A stretch of 64,000 nt of DNA from the human T2T-CHM13v2.0 reference genome, Homo sapiens. Where the stretch lies: NCBI RefSeq assembly GCF_009914755.1, contig NC_060925.1, one strand, 5' to 3'. Positions 19,229-33,434 of the stretch are shown here, piece by piece. The notes below the pieces were generated by a model. The model did not search any database, was not told where the DNA came from, and saw nothing but the letters and a program-made list of their open reading frames with translations. Both the position numbers and the translations under genes were made by a program. How positions within the stretch are numbered: the first letter of the stretch is position 1; every line of letters begins with the position of its first letter.

Positions 19229-21154
19229 GAGGTGTATGTCTTCTTGGTACTATGTTCTCTCTTCTCTCTTTTGATCTGCTACAGTCGGGGCTCCTTTGGC
19301 TTGGGAGGGATTTTCAGTCATCCAGGGCTGAGAAAGGGCTTCCAGTAGTGGAACACTGGCCACGTCTTCATGGATGATACAAGCTGAGGACCTGAAGGAA
19401 GAGCACTGACTAAGCCACTTTTCTGTTTCACCTGTGAATATAAATATGAGAAGTGTAGTATCTCTAGTCTCATCCATGTGGTTTAATCACCTTTCATTTA
19501 TCCTTTCATTTATTTATTAACAAGCTACATATTTTCATAGGCAGTCACTCTGACTCATAAATACAAATACAAAGAGCAATAAAATATCAAGCCTTTAGAA
19601 CTTTAGTTGCCTGATGCTGGGTGTGGTGAGGAGTGAGCAGGAGTAAGTAGTGAACCACTGTTGGTGCATCAAAGAGGCTAGCAACTTTCAGAGGCATTTG
19701 CATTGTTTAGTTCCCTAGATTGATGGGTAAGAGAATTTTCTAAAAGAACTGAGATCAAAAGTAACCTTCCCCATTTAAGTCACAGAGATAGGCCACAGCA
19801 TTCCACAGTTATGAGGGTAGGTTGATTGGGGTGAGAGGAGATGAAAATATCTAGAATGCAATGAGGTTGTATCCCATCTGGAAGGAAGAACCACTGAAAT
19901 TAGGAACAAGACAACGGTCATCATAGAGTTGAATCTGAAGCTTCTTTTTAAGAGTAGAGGGCTGCCCCACAGCAGAAGTTGGATTTGCAAGCAAGATACA
20001 CAAATGTTTTAGAATTTGAAGCTGTAGAGTCTCTGTCACTTTGATGATTACTCAGTGACTGTGAGTGCCAGACTAACGTAATCTGTAGCTTTTATATTTG
20101 TCACACATTGAGGCAGTTTTCTGTATTATTTTCCTAAATACTAATTGTGAAGGAAGGGCAGTAGCACATACCACCTGTCATCTATAACACATGTATCCCT
20201 AAGGAGCATGTGGAGAGGGAAAAGGGATAAAACCATCCTAAACCAATTGCATAAAGGTCTTCATTGGAAGAATTTACCTTCCTTACAATCCAGGAGATAA
20301 GACCAGTTTTGCTTGGCTAAACTGATAATTTATATAATTAAAATGATAACTTCTCCAAAATCAAAGGAGTCAAAAAGATTCACCATTGGCGCCAGCTGCA
20401 TTCAATCCCTTTCCCCAACAAATATTTATTGAACATGTATTATGGCCATGTCCTGGGAATTATACAGTGACCAAATCAGAGAGCCTCCTGCTAAGGACTT
20501 TCATTCTAGTAACTTCTCGGCCCAAGCAGAGTAGCAGAAGGCAACCAGTGATACCTCATCCTGGGTATGGTTTAGAAGAGCATGGGGACAATATATTTGT
20601 CATGTTTAACTTGGGTTATAGGGTAATTCAGGAGTGAGAACTGATGTTGCTTGATTTTCCACCCCTGGTATTCAAGAGTCAGACACACAGAAGTTATTCA
20701 ATAAATACTTGGTGAATGAACAAATAGCCCGGAGCGATCTGTGTGTATTTTTGTCAGGATGGCTCTCTGTGATACCAAACAGCATACAACTTTTCATGAG
20801 ATTTGGCCATAAGGGGATGTTGTGTCAGTGTACAGAGCTTCCTGGAAGGAAAATAACCTGAGCTATTTAAGCAAAGGGCTTATCTTTTCATAAAGGTCCC
20901 TATACTTAGGGTCTTCTACATCCCAGTGACCTTATTCTCAAAGACAAACACAGAAGACCCTTTGGGATAGAAGGTACACATTCAGAAGCGAGTCAATGCC
21001 CTTCAAAACAAAAGTATCATTTTCTTCAGTCATTCCAACTCTATTGATTATCTGCTATGTGCCATGCATGGTGCAGGGCACCGAACAGTACAATAGTGAT
21101 GACGGCAATTTGCCTTTAAGGAGCTCACAAACTAGTGACAGAGAAATAATCATA

Positions 21155-21380
21155 ATAGCTAACATTTACTGAGTGCCTAGCATTTGTACTTCCTTAAATC
21201 TATAAGGAACCCTATCAGATAAATGGTATTATCTATATCTTTTACTGGTAAAGAACTTCAGGTAGCTTGGATAATTTGCTCAAGGTCACACAAAATTATT
21301 TCTACATGGCAGACCCTGCATTACAATTTATATGTATCTAACACCATAATGCATCCTCTTAACAAGTATCATACAGCCTC
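21155..21380 (-). mobile_element. MIR
   Basis: aatagctaacatttactgagtgcct...aatttgctcaaggtcacac. Confidence 0.65.
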
Positions 21381-21439
21381 TCACTAATAATTTGACAGAT
21401 ACTTGACACATGCTTTTCACGGTCATTAAAGCCAAGTTG

Positions 21440-21635
21440 TCAAGAGCCAGATTGCCTGGGTTCAAGCCTTGACCCCACTATTAAACAACATATTTAATGT
21501 GTGTCTCTGTTGCTTTACCTATTAATATGCATAATAATAATAGTACCTTCCTCAGAGTGTTTTTATGATATTGGGAGTTAAATTAGATGCTCAAAATGTA
21601 TAGATGCTCACTTAGTAAGTGTTACATAAATGCTA
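21440..21635 (+). mobile_element. MIR
   Basis: gagccagattgcctgggttcaagcc...ataataatagtaccttcctcagag. Confidence 0.65.
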
Positions 21636-22399
21636 CCCCTGATCCTTAGGCAATGATTTTTCTTTCCTCTGAAACTGGTTTTGTTGAATGTTCTAATGGG
21701 GGTGGGAACTCATAAAAACCAGAAAAGGGAGGGTGGTTTTTCTCGTGCACATTTAGTGGACTGAATTTTTAACTTTCCTAAATCTGAAAGTAGCATCAGA
21801 TTCATGCAGATTCATGTTATACTCACGCATAGAGGCAGTCAGAGAAGAGGCAGATTGAATGCTGTCCCCACTATTTTATGTTTTAGATTGGGCTTTCTCA
21901 TCTGAGAACCATGTACAGACAAACGTTCCCATTAAATCCTCTCCTCCTTTATTTTTCTCTTTCAGTAACATGGGTACAAAAAGCTAACAGCATACCCAGG
22001 GAAAACGCATACTTTCAGAGCAAAGGTCAAAGTTTATTAAGCACTTCACCAGCTCAAGTGTTTTTACAGAAAACCAAGGAACATTCAATTCACACCAGGG
22101 CTTTTAAGTTCCCGGAAATATCATATCATATTTAAAGGATTCTAATTTAGCTTATTTATAGAGTGTTGATCAAGACAACTTTTTAAATATTCTAGACCTT
22201 TGATACACAGAGTTTTTGCCCCTCTGTGGGACTAAACGATAAAAATAAAAAACCTAAAGCAGGTACCAGGAAAACAAATAAATATCTTTCAGGAAGCTGA
22301 GTAGAGACTTTTATGTGTAGGCAGAAATAGCAGAATCTTTAGAACCTTCAGGCCATAGAAATTAAACCCTTCATCATGAATGTCCTGACAGAAGAAAAA

Positions 22400-22530
22400 T
22401 GTGTCTGAGTGCATACCATGCACTGATGTGTACCTGTTTGTATGTGCACACACATGTGTGTTTATATGTGCACATGTATGCGTATATGTATGTGCAGTCA
22501 TGCACACATCTGTGTATACATCCATATACT
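22400..22530. repeat. Degenerate alternating purine-pyrimidine (TG/CA/TA) tract
   Basis: tgtatgtgcacacacatgtgtgtttatatgtgcacatgtatgcgtatatgtatgtgca. Confidence 0.8.
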
Positions 22531-23456
22531 GGTGTCAGACTTGGTCAGAGAGTCCTCTGTTTATCTGAAAAACAGAGAGGAGCCAAATTGCACAAGAATG
22601 CTTGTGAGTCATGAGGTCACCAGAGAATCTGGAGTAGTGAATTAAATGGGACTTCTTGGAGCAATACCATACCTCCTACCATTCACTGGGCATTAACTAG
22701 GCTATGTTCATTATAAGTAAATGACTCAAAATCCTCTCTAAGGCCCTATGAAATAGCCCTTAATTTCCCCATTTTACAGAGAAGAAACATGAGTCTCAGA
22801 AAGGTTGAAGATGGGATTTGAACCTAGGATTTAGTGGCTCCAAGGCCTCACTCTTTCTATAAAACTCAATTGATGGGGGAAGTCTCTGTTTCCTCAACAA
22901 TTACATCACTTGTGGTGCCTGGAAATCCTCTGGCAATGGACTTTCACAGGTTTAAGATGTTGGGGAGAAAAAAAGTTTTTAAAAATTAGACATATTATAT
23001 CTGATGAGCAACAGCTAAAAACTTAAAGGTGGACACAATAATCAAACATATCTTGAAGTCAGAGGATTTTTCCAAAGGGCTGTTATAATACACCTATGAT
23101 CTACAACTTACCTTGAGCACTACCCTCCAATTACCCAGTATGGTATTTCTATATATTTTTTTAAATATAACTTCACTATTTCTTATCTCTTATCCAAAGT
23201 GCTGAATAAATATTTGTTGAATGAATGTTGAATAAAGGTAGAAAAAAATAATTCAAGGGTCATGGAATAGCCTCATGAATTTTACAGTTTTATTTCATTG
23301 ATCTTTCTGAAAACACTCTCATAAAGACAACATAAATGCCATTGTATTCAGATGAATAAAATTTGGTGTTCCATGAAGAAACAAGGCCATGGACCCTAGG
23401 ACATTATAATTTGTGCTCTCTCAATGGGATCCTGAGGATAGGGGCTTAATGAATGT

Positions 23457-23832
23457 TGTATTAATTATGGTAATGCTAGCTGCTATAATCAATACATCGC
23501 AAATTTCAATGGCCTAACACAATAAAATTTATTCCTCACTCATATGAGAGTCCAACACTTCTCTTCCCTTTTGGCATGCAGTTTTTCTCTTTGTAGAAAT
23601 TCAGGGACTCAGTTCCCACAGTCTTGCAGCTCTGCCATCCCAAAGGACTTTTGAGCCAGTTAAGGTGAAAGAGAGAGAACAAAGATACACCCGCTTCTTT
23701 TAAACCCTGGCCCTGGGTAATACACTTTCATTCACATTTCACCAGAGAGTTCATGGTTAGTTCATAACCAGTTTGCAAATAACAACTCCACACTACTGAG
23801 GGGGAAATACTACTTTCTAGTAGACTCTGCCA
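23457..23832 (-). mobile_element. ERVL LTR (LTR33-like)
   Basis: tgtattaatt...ctagctgctataat...tcaatggcctaacacaataaaatttattcctcactca...attcagggactcag...ctctgcca. Confidence 0.55.
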
Positions 23833-23879
23833 TTCATACATTCCCCAGATATGCCTAGACTCCCAAAGGAAATGGCATT

Positions 23880-24100
23880 TATGGCTTATTATAGGATTAT
23901 AGGCACTGTCTTAGATTCTTCTCATATATTATCTTACTAATCTTTCCAAAAGCTCTATTTAGCATTATCCTGACTATCAGAAAAAGAAACTGAGCCTCAA
24001 ATAAATGATATGACTTGCCCGAGATGATTACCTGGTTAATGACAGAACATGGATTTAAATCTGGCACGAGCTGATTCCAAAGCCCATCCTCTCTCCACCA
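23880..24100 (-). mobile_element. MIR
   Basis: gaaactgagcctcaaataaatgatatgacttgccc...ctgattccaaagccc. Confidence 0.65.
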
Positions 24101-24505
24101 AACCAAAGAAGGATTCACATTTTCAAGGATTTGCGTGTTTCTTCAAAAGAATCTGAGTAGTAGCTAAATTGTTGTTTCACATTATTGCATTAGACTAAAC
24201 TTTACACTGTATTGGACAGCTTTTACTCTTGATTAATAATGAATGGCTAGGGAGGATGTTCAAATTACTTATAGACAAAACAACTTTATCAGCACATCTG
24301 AGTTAAACAAGTTAATCTTCGTCAGACTGTCAAAAGACAGTCTGAACAACAAAATTCTAGAAAGGACAGGAATGCAAGTGTGTTTCGGGGCAACTGAAAT
24401 TAGAGAGGCAGATGCTTCTTAAAATGTCTCTATATTCATCTATACTTATTTCTTCTCTGTACTTCTTTCTATATATCAACTTTAGTCACTTCTACTAAAG
24501 AATGG

Positions 24506-24780
24506 CTTACTCATATGATTCAATTTATATAAAATGTTTAGAATAGGCCAAATCACAAAGACAGAGAGTAAATTGGTAGTTGTCCTAGCCTAGGGGGAGG
24601 GAGGAAAGGAAAGGGCCTGCTAATGGGTACAGGGTTTCCTTTTGGGGTGATGAAAATGCTCTGGAATTTCTGATAAAAGTTATACAACTCTGAATATAGT
24701 AAAACCACTGAATTATACTCCTTAAAAGGGTGAACTTTATACCATACGAATTACATCTCAACAAAGCTAGTATTTAAAAA
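24506..24780 (+). mobile_element. L1MB-like 3' UTR end
   Basis: gctaatgggtacagggtttccttttggggtgatgaaaatgctctggaa...ctcaacaaagct, A-tail; flanked by aaagaatgg at 24497-24505 and 24781-24789. Confidence 0.8.
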
Positions 24781-25169
24781 AAAGAATGGTTTTCTTCCCA
24801 GGTTGAGGCAAATGGCCTCTAGGAAATTCTAAGTGTCATATATTGTGGGTGTCTCCACCAGCGACTGACTAGTTCCCAGATTCAGGTCAAACAAACAGAA
24901 AAAAAAATGCATCCAAAGGGGAAAAAACCTGTTACTTCGCCAGTCAGCTTCTGGCAAGGGGGCATGATCACATTAAACAGACTTGGGAATGGAGTCTCAC
25001 TTCTGTGAATGGGACGACTCTAAACAAATGGGAAAAATCATTGCAGACCAATCAGCTACAGAAGGGTTATCTAATCTACCAGACTTCACTACAGATTATA
25101 TATGTTTATATATACCCAATATGTTATGCCATAGCCTTATACACCAAATTTTAGGGAATCAGCAAAATA

Positions 25170-25415
25170 TGGAAGCTGCATGAGCACTGGACTCAGACAC
25201 ACCAGTTTTGTAATCCCGCCACTGACTAAGTCTATGTCATCGGTGAGGTCACATCAATTCACAAGGCACCCAATTTTATTTCTGTAAATGCAATAAAAAT
25301 ATATCTATCACTTGATCATAGTAAGTAAAAGGATGATATAATATATGCAAAGCACTCAGCACAGAGGCTATCCACATAGCCTATGCCTATACATAGCAGG
25401 TGCCTCATAAATATT
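25170..25415 (+). mobile_element. MIR
   Basis: gagcactggactcagac...tctgtaaatg...gcaaagcactcagcacag...gcaggtgcctcataaatatta. Confidence 0.65.
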
Positions 25416-26993
25416 AATGAGGGAATGGTACAAGCAATTGGTAAAAACAATGGAGAAGCAATTGGTATAGCCAGTTCCAAAATAGTGATCACACATGGAT
25501 ACTCCACCAAGAGGAAAAATGAATGGTCAAAGGAGCTGGCTTTTCTATTTTGTCATTCTGACCAGTTGATTAATTAAGATAGACTTACAGTCACTGCTGC
25601 TTGCAAGGTCCAGAGCAGACCACTGTAAGGGTGTTATAAATAATACCAGTAATATTTCACAATTTCACATTTTTCTAAGTATTTTTATGTCTGCTCTCTG
25701 TTTTGCTAATCTTTCCCCATCTAGAAAAATCCTGTTTATGCTTCAAGACTCAGCCTATGTGTCATCACCTTTCTGAGGCCTTTGGTGACATTGCCACCAT
25801 CCCAGGAAGAATTAACCATCCTTTCTCCTGTATTTCTATTGTGATATAGTCACACTTCTTGCGTAGTATTTTACACATCAGCATATTTTACACACCATCC
25901 CTCATCAGATTATAACTACTACAACAGTAGTCCAGAATCCAGCATAGCCTTCTGCAAATGATGAATGTCAAACACTCTTTGTTGAATGTAGCAATAAAAC
26001 TACACATAAAGGAACAGTGCCTGGCACTGGCTAATAGCACCTTATGGACAAAGTAAAGTTAAATTAAATTTGGTGATCAGAAAGGACATATGAATTACCT
26101 AGAATGGGAAATTTATTTTTATTTTTACCAAAAAATAAAAGAGAGAGAGACTAAATGACTTGTCCAAAGAAATATGTTAAGAAAATGGTAAAGCTGAATT
26201 CAGCAAGAAAACGTTCCTTGTGATTTCTAACTTAGTGCCTTTTGCATTTCACTGTGTTGCCTCTGAAATTTTTTAAAAATAAAAAAAGGCTCAACAATAA
26301 AATGAAAATTTAGAATCAGATTAATAGCTGATGAATATGGCTTCTTCCTTGTGACAGTTATCAACAAATGAACTCAACCATCTTATTTTTAAAATTTTCA
26401 CTGTTTTCATAGCCTTTGCCTGTTTGAGCTTCTCTACCTCAAGAGCTTTTGGAACATGTTAGGAAAAGATGGGTATTCCTTGTATAAAACCTCATGACTT
26501 TGGGGGAGAAAGGCTGCCCTGGATTCATACTGGCCATTAGGTGGAGGCTGCGACTTGACTGATGTGCACAGCTAAGCAGGATAGGCCAAGAACTAGAACC
26601 CATATCTCCATTCTCCCATATCATCACTTCCTCTGATTGATGTGCAATGATAGCCATCATCAACTGACAGACGTACATGTATAACAGCATTGTTTTTGTA
26701 TGTAAGAATTAAAGAGGAACTAGGTCAAAATGTAAATACAATTTCAAATGCAGTAGAATCATTTTTTACCTCTTGCCTATATACTTTGTAGAAGTAGTTG
26801 TATTGATCTTGTGACAGTCTGTTTCAAGCTAAAGGCCCCAAGTTTTGATCAGGTTCACAGACGCTCTTTAATCTGTAGATCTATGAACTAATCAAGAGTT
26901 CAAATCCCAACAATTGGCCAAAACTCTAATATTTTGAAAAATGCTTTTCTGTTCCTGACATTCATTTTCCATCATAAAACTAACATTTTTAAC

Positions 26994-27091
26994 TTGGGAT
27001 TTTTTTAAAAAGTTAAACAGTCTCAAAGAAATGGAAAACATTTGGGATTTTTTTAAAAAGTTAAACAGTCTCAAAGAAATGGAAAACATTT
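26994..27091. repeat. Perfect 48-bp tandem duplication
   Basis: ttgggatttttttaaaaagttaaacagtctcaaagaaatggaaaacat twice (26994-27041, 27042-27089), plus 2-bp TT microhomology. Confidence 0.97.
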
Positions 27092-27929
27092 CTCACCAAT
27101 AATTATGGTGTCTCAGTAATTATCACCATTCCTTCATGACAATGAGAAACTGAAAAACATTTGAAAAATATGTCCTGATTTTGCTGATGACTAATCAGAG
27201 AAAATGAAATATAAATTTTTATAGATACTACTATGTAGCAGGTATTTCAACTTAATAATATCATTTAATCTCCATACCACCATAAAATGAATACAATTAT
27301 ACTTATTTTATCAAAGAGAAACGGAAGCTCATAGAATATAAATGAGCTCCTCAACCTCATACATCCAAAAAGTTAGAGCCCAAGGTAATCTCTATTGATT
27401 CTCCAGTTGCAATTTTCCAGTATTTTTCTAGCAGTGAACTTTATGAACAGTAATAATTCATCAAATTGTTTGCCCTCTCTTATTTACTCATTCCTTCCAC
27501 AAATGTTCATTGAGTTCCTTACTACTTGCCAGCACCATAGGGAATGACAGTTTTTAAAAGATAAAAAGTCAACATACAATGAAGGGGAACCTTCTGATGT
27601 GAATGTATTCCAGATACTGTCAGAAATACTAAGGGAAAACTGTATCCTAGTCCATTCCCTCTTAAAAATTCATGCCAGAATATTGATTCTGACAGACCCC
27701 ATATTATCATTGTTGACAAGAAAAACTTGATAGTGAAGCACAAATGTATCATGTTTTAATGACATTTTAGATGTCTTTTCCTTGAAAGGAAAAAAAATAT
27801 ATATGCCAAACTATATTAGTGATACAAATCTGGAGACTTATTGTCAAACATCAACTTAAAACTTGTTCATCCATTGATTCCCTCATCCCACTAATCCATT
27901 GTTCAGTCATTTAACTACTAATAACAATA

Positions 27930-28455
<526 letters not shown>

Positions 28456-28469
28456 CTATGTTTTGAAGG

Positions 28470-29050
28470 TTAATTAATATCTACTTTGCATCAGGGACTG
28501 TGCTAAATTAAATAGAAACCTCCAAGAAGAAGGCAGATACACTTCCTGTCTTCAAGGAACTGCAGTCCAGCAGGGAAGGCAGAGATTGTAACAGTAATTA
28601 CATGCAATATGACAAGGGTTCCAATAGAGGAAATATAAGGAGAAGTACAGGTGCTATGTGGGTGAACAAATTGTTGTCAGAGAAGACCTAGGAGAGGACA
28701 AGTGAGTGCTATGTAAACCTGGTGATAGCCTTCCACATAGGTGATCTATCAATGCAGATGGATAGTAAATTAGACAATTATTTAGACTCACATCTGGGGC
28801 CAGACTGTGCACAGAAGATTCTAGGTGCCAAGAAAGAACAGAGAGAGATGGGGCAGGTCTTTGGCTTTGCACTTTCTATGGAGGAGCTGTGCTGTGAGGT
28901 GACGAAGGGGAGGTGGGGGTAGGGGGAGGTAGAGGTAGAAGCCCGTAGTTGTAGAACGAGAAGAATGCAGCCAAAGAATGAAAGCCAGAGGAGAGTTAGC
29001 CTTGTGACATCAAACAGATTGAAGCTGTAAAAAAGTGAGTGTTTTATCAT
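28470..29050 (-). mobile_element. L2 fragment
   Basis: cctgtcttcaaggaactgcagtccagcaggga... purine-rich antisense L2 3' region. Confidence 0.5.
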
Positions 29051-29406
29051 TAAAATTGTTAATGTTAAATTTCTGCTGGAATATTTCTTGTATGCTTCCC
29101 CAAATAGGCTTTCCTCATAGGACTTACAGAAAACATACCAATGGGACAATAAAAATTTTACACAGATTGTGAATGTATTTATTCATTTTCTCTATTTGCT
29201 TCAAACTGAAGCTACCATCTTCTTTTCATGCTTATTGATATTTCTTAACAAAACTGATATATTATCCTATAGTCATAAATGGAATTGTTGGAAGGAGCAT
29301 GTGGCCTAGTTCCTTTATGTTATAAATGATGATAACAGAAAGCCAAAAAGTCCACACAAAACCAGAAACTCTAAATACAGTGTGTGAAGGAAATAAAAAT
29401 GCAGTA

Positions 29407-29807
29407 TGATTATGGACCAAATTATGTACCCCCAAAATTCATATGTTATAGTCTTAACCTCCAGTACCTCAGAATATGATTGTACTTGGAGATAGGGCCT
29501 TTAATTAGGTGATTAAGTTAGCACAAGTCTTTTAGAATGGGCTACAATCCAATCTGTCTGGCATCCTTATATGAAGAGGAAATTTGGACACAAAAAGGAA
29601 CATCAGGGATCTGTGTGCACAGAGTAAAGACCATTTGAAGACACAGTGAGATGTCCATCTACAAGCCAAAGAGAGCCTTAGAAGAGCTCTAGAAGAAATC
29701 AACCCTGCTGGCACCTTCCAGTCTTCAGGACTATGAGGAAACGAATTTCCCTTGTTGAAGTCACCCAGTCTGGTATTTTGTTACTGCAGTTCTAGCAAAC
29801 TAATGCA
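29407..29807 (+). mobile_element. MaLR solo LTR (MLT1B-like)
   Basis: ccccaaaattcatatgtt...cagtacctcagaatatgattgtacttggagatagggcc...ctagcaaactaatgca end. Confidence 0.85.
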
Positions 29808-30399
29808 TACTCACATACTTTTATATTTATACCCACATTTATTCTCTCCATCTCTCCCTCCCTTCCTCCCTCCCTCCCTCAAGCCAATTTCAAAAGCACT
29901 TTCATGCATATTACTGTATTTGAGTTTGATAGCACTTTTGTTGAAAAGGCAGGCCAATAATTAACTTCACTACATGGATAAAGCAACTGAGGTTCTGAGT
30001 TCATAAGTTACTCACAGATACTACTAGAAATAACTGAGCTAGAATTTGAATACAGGTTTTCTAATTTTTCAAGTCCAACATCCTCTAAATGTAACCAGTC
30101 TCTCTCAGCACCACTAGTATTTCTGGAATGCATGGTATAAGTATGAAAAATAAAAAGGAAATAAATATTAAATTTGCTAGTAACATGAACCAAAAAAATC
30201 AATCAATAAAACATAACATCAACCATAGAAAACCAGTAAATTAACACAACAAACCTAAAGCTTATTAATCATAAGCATTAGCAATCTTATTTTTCTAGGG
30301 GTCTTCTGGTTCCCACCTTCTGTCTTTTAAAGCAAGTATAAAGAGTATTTTTCAGTTATTGGCAAAACCTCATAATGTATTCTTGCTTCTCCTAGCTTT

Positions 30400-30660
30400 A
30401 TGCGGTTTGTTTAGGCTACGCACTAGAAAACCTCTCTGAAATATGGTGGCTGTTTTACACCAAGCGGATGTGGTTCTCTCTAGAGTCAGTATCTAAGGGT
30501 AATGTCAGTGTCCCTTTGATAATTTCGAAGATCAGATTCTTTATGAGTCATGTTTACGATTTTTCTTTCGGAGAGCACTTGATTGTCTATGTGTGCCAAG
30601 CACAGTGCTTCTTATTGCAGCCAAGGCAGTCACACGCGAGGTCACTTCACGTGGCTCTAG
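30400..30660. promoter_or_regulatory. Candidate enhancer (motif cluster with retained CpGs)
   Basis: RUNX TGTGGTT 30469, TCF/LEF CCTTTGAT 30513, AP-1 ATGAGTCAT 30543 abutting forkhead TGTTTAC 30551, AGGTCA 30639, CACGTG 30648; 9 CpGs in ~260 bp. Confidence 0.35.
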
Positions 30661-32365
30661 CCTTAATGCTTCTAATTGTGAACATGAAGCTTGCCTCCTG
30701 TACATAAATCCATGATGAAAAAGACCATATGCTGTTATATATCAACATAAATTTCCCAAACAAATGTTCATATCTTTGCAGACACAAGGCTTCTGTTCCT
30801 CCATCCACAGTAGGGAAATAATATTTGTATGCAGGCATACGGTAATAAGACCTAGTTACCTTCAAATTCTTACACTTATAGTTCACTGCCAACTGTTTCC
30901 TACTCTGCCACCAACAGGTGCTCTAGCATAAAGCATTTGGGTGAGGAGACATGCACCTCAAATGCTGGGAACAACTCTTTTTTAGAAGAAATAACAGCTT
31001 CTCATAAATATCCCAGTCCTTTAATGATATGCTAGAGAGGTTGTGATGGAAGACCCCTGTGTGTGGTGATTTATGTAAGGGAGCAGATAGCTTCAAACAC
31101 ATTTTATCCTTCAGCTTCCTCTCAAGGTAGACCTAACCAAAGCACATGGAGAACAATTTAGCCAAATCTGAAATGTAACAACAGAATCATGCCTTTTGTG
31201 TCTCCCAGATTATTCTGTGAATTCAAGGGAAAGGTATAGAGGTGAGGCAAGCAAGGTGACAGAGCTAAAAGAAAAAATTGGCTTTAGAAATCATGGGTTC
31301 TAGCCACCTACCGGGCATATGAGCCTTGAGCTTAACCTCCTCGGTCCTCAGTTTTCTCATCTATAGAGTGAGAGTGGCAACAGCACTGCAACTTGTTTCA
31401 CGAGTCTTAGATAATTTCCAGTTTACGTTAACATCTAACCTTAGAATTCAACTCTTCTCTTAGAACTAACAGTTTCTCATAATCATCCTAACTTGATGAT
31501 ATTTGATGAGGATTTGAGGATCAAAGATTCTCATACATTGAAGGTAGAAGATGTTTGTTTTACATGTACAAAAATACTTTTATCTACATAGAAATGTTCT
31601 AGAAAGATTATGTCTGGGATTTTGATGGGGAAAATGAAGTTTTAAATTTTTAAATTGTATACCTTTTTGCAAATGCATTAATTTTTAATGAGCAAAATGT
31701 CAGTCATTAGATAAAGCTGTAATGGAGAAAATGGTTTGGCCCTGATGACAAAATGGGGTGGAGGGGGAGGGGAGGATGACAGAGGCTGCTTGCCAGTATT
31801 TCTGAGAGGGAAAGGATTTCTATTTTATGGGCTGAAGAAAGAACAAAGAGAAAAAAAGAACATTGTTTCCTACAATTCCTGAATTTTTGTTTCCGCAACT
31901 TATTTTCTCTGGGGGGCTTACTCATACCTTTATTATCATGTAAATTGATACAACCTTGTTGAGAGGTACATTTGATACTTGTCTAGGTCGAGGAATAGTC
32001 AGGAGAAAACAGCTTATCCCAATTTTATATAACATAGCCACATACACATGATTATGAATAGTCTATCATAGTTAACATTTAGTGTTTACTTTGTGCCTGA
32101 CACTGTGCTAAATATTATGCATAGATCTCATTTAGTCCTTAGAAAATTCTATAAGTTAGGTATTATTCTCACTTTTCTGATGAAGACAACTGAATTCAAT
32201 TTATAACCACAGCATTCCCACTTCTGTGTAGGTGAACTGGAGTTTGAACCCAGGTCTTTTCAACTCCATCTACCGTGCTGACACAGCCAGGTGTGGGAGG
32301 CAGTGTGGCAGCCCCCATATGGCTGGCCTGCTCTGGCTGCTTCTAACCACTAGTCCCTATTGTGC

Positions 32366-33433
32366 TATTATTATTATTATTTATTATACTTTAAGTTCTA
32401 GGGTACGTGTGCACAACTTGCAGGTTTGTTACATATGCATACATGTACCATGTTGGTGTGCTGCACCCATTAACTCGTCATTTATGTTAGGTATACCTCC
32501 TAATGCTATCCTTCCCCACTCCCCCGACCCCATGACAGGCCCCAGTGTGTGGTGTTCCCCACCCTGTGTCCTAGTGTTCTCATTGTTCAATTCCCAACTA
32601 TGAGTGAGAACATGCGGTGTTTGGTTTTCTGTCCTGGCGATAGTTTGCTCAGAATGATGGTTTCCAGCTTCATCCATGTCCCTACAAAGGACATGAACTC
32701 ATCATTTTTTATGGCTGCATAGTATTCCATGGTGTATATGTGCCACATTTTCTTAATCCAGTCTATCATTGATGGGCATTTGGGTTGGTTCCAAGTCTTT
32801 GCTATTGTGAATAGTGCCACCATAAACATATGTGTGCATGTGTCTTCATAGCAGCATGATTTATAATCCTTTGGGTATATACCCAGTAATGAGATGGCTG
32901 GGTCAAATGGTAATTCTAGTTCTAGATCCTTGAGAAATGGCCACACTGTCTTCCACAATGGTTGAACTAGTTTACAGTCCCACGAACAGTGTAAAAGCGT
33001 TTCTATTTCTCCACATCCTCTCCAGCACCTGTTGTTTCCTGACTTTTTAATGATCACCATTCTAACTGGTGTGAGATGGTATTTCATTGTGGTTTTGATT
33101 TGCATTTCTCTGATGGCCAGTGATGATGAGCATTTTTTCATGTGTCTGTTGGCTGCATAAATGTCTTCTTTTGAGAAGTGTCTGTTCATATCCTTCACCC
33201 ACTTGTTGATGGGGTTGTTTGTTTTTTTCTTGTAAATTTGCTTGAGTTCATTGTAGATTCTGGATATTAGCCCTTTGTCAGATGGGTAGATTGCAAAACG
33301 TTTCTCCCATTCTGTAGGTTGCCTGTTCACGCTGATGGTAGTTTCTTTTGCTGTGCAGAATCTCTTTAGTTTAATTAGATCCCATTTGTCAATTTTGGCT
33401 TTTGTTACCATTGCTTTTGGTGTTTTAGACATG
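32366..33433 (-). mobile_element. L1PA5-like 3' segment (ORF2 C-terminal 281 aa open, plus 3' UTR)
   Basis: ORF 32587-33432 is the ORF2 C-terminus ending ...[10 protein letters not shown]; tail converted to (TAA)n. Confidence 0.93.
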
Positions 33434-33434
33434 G

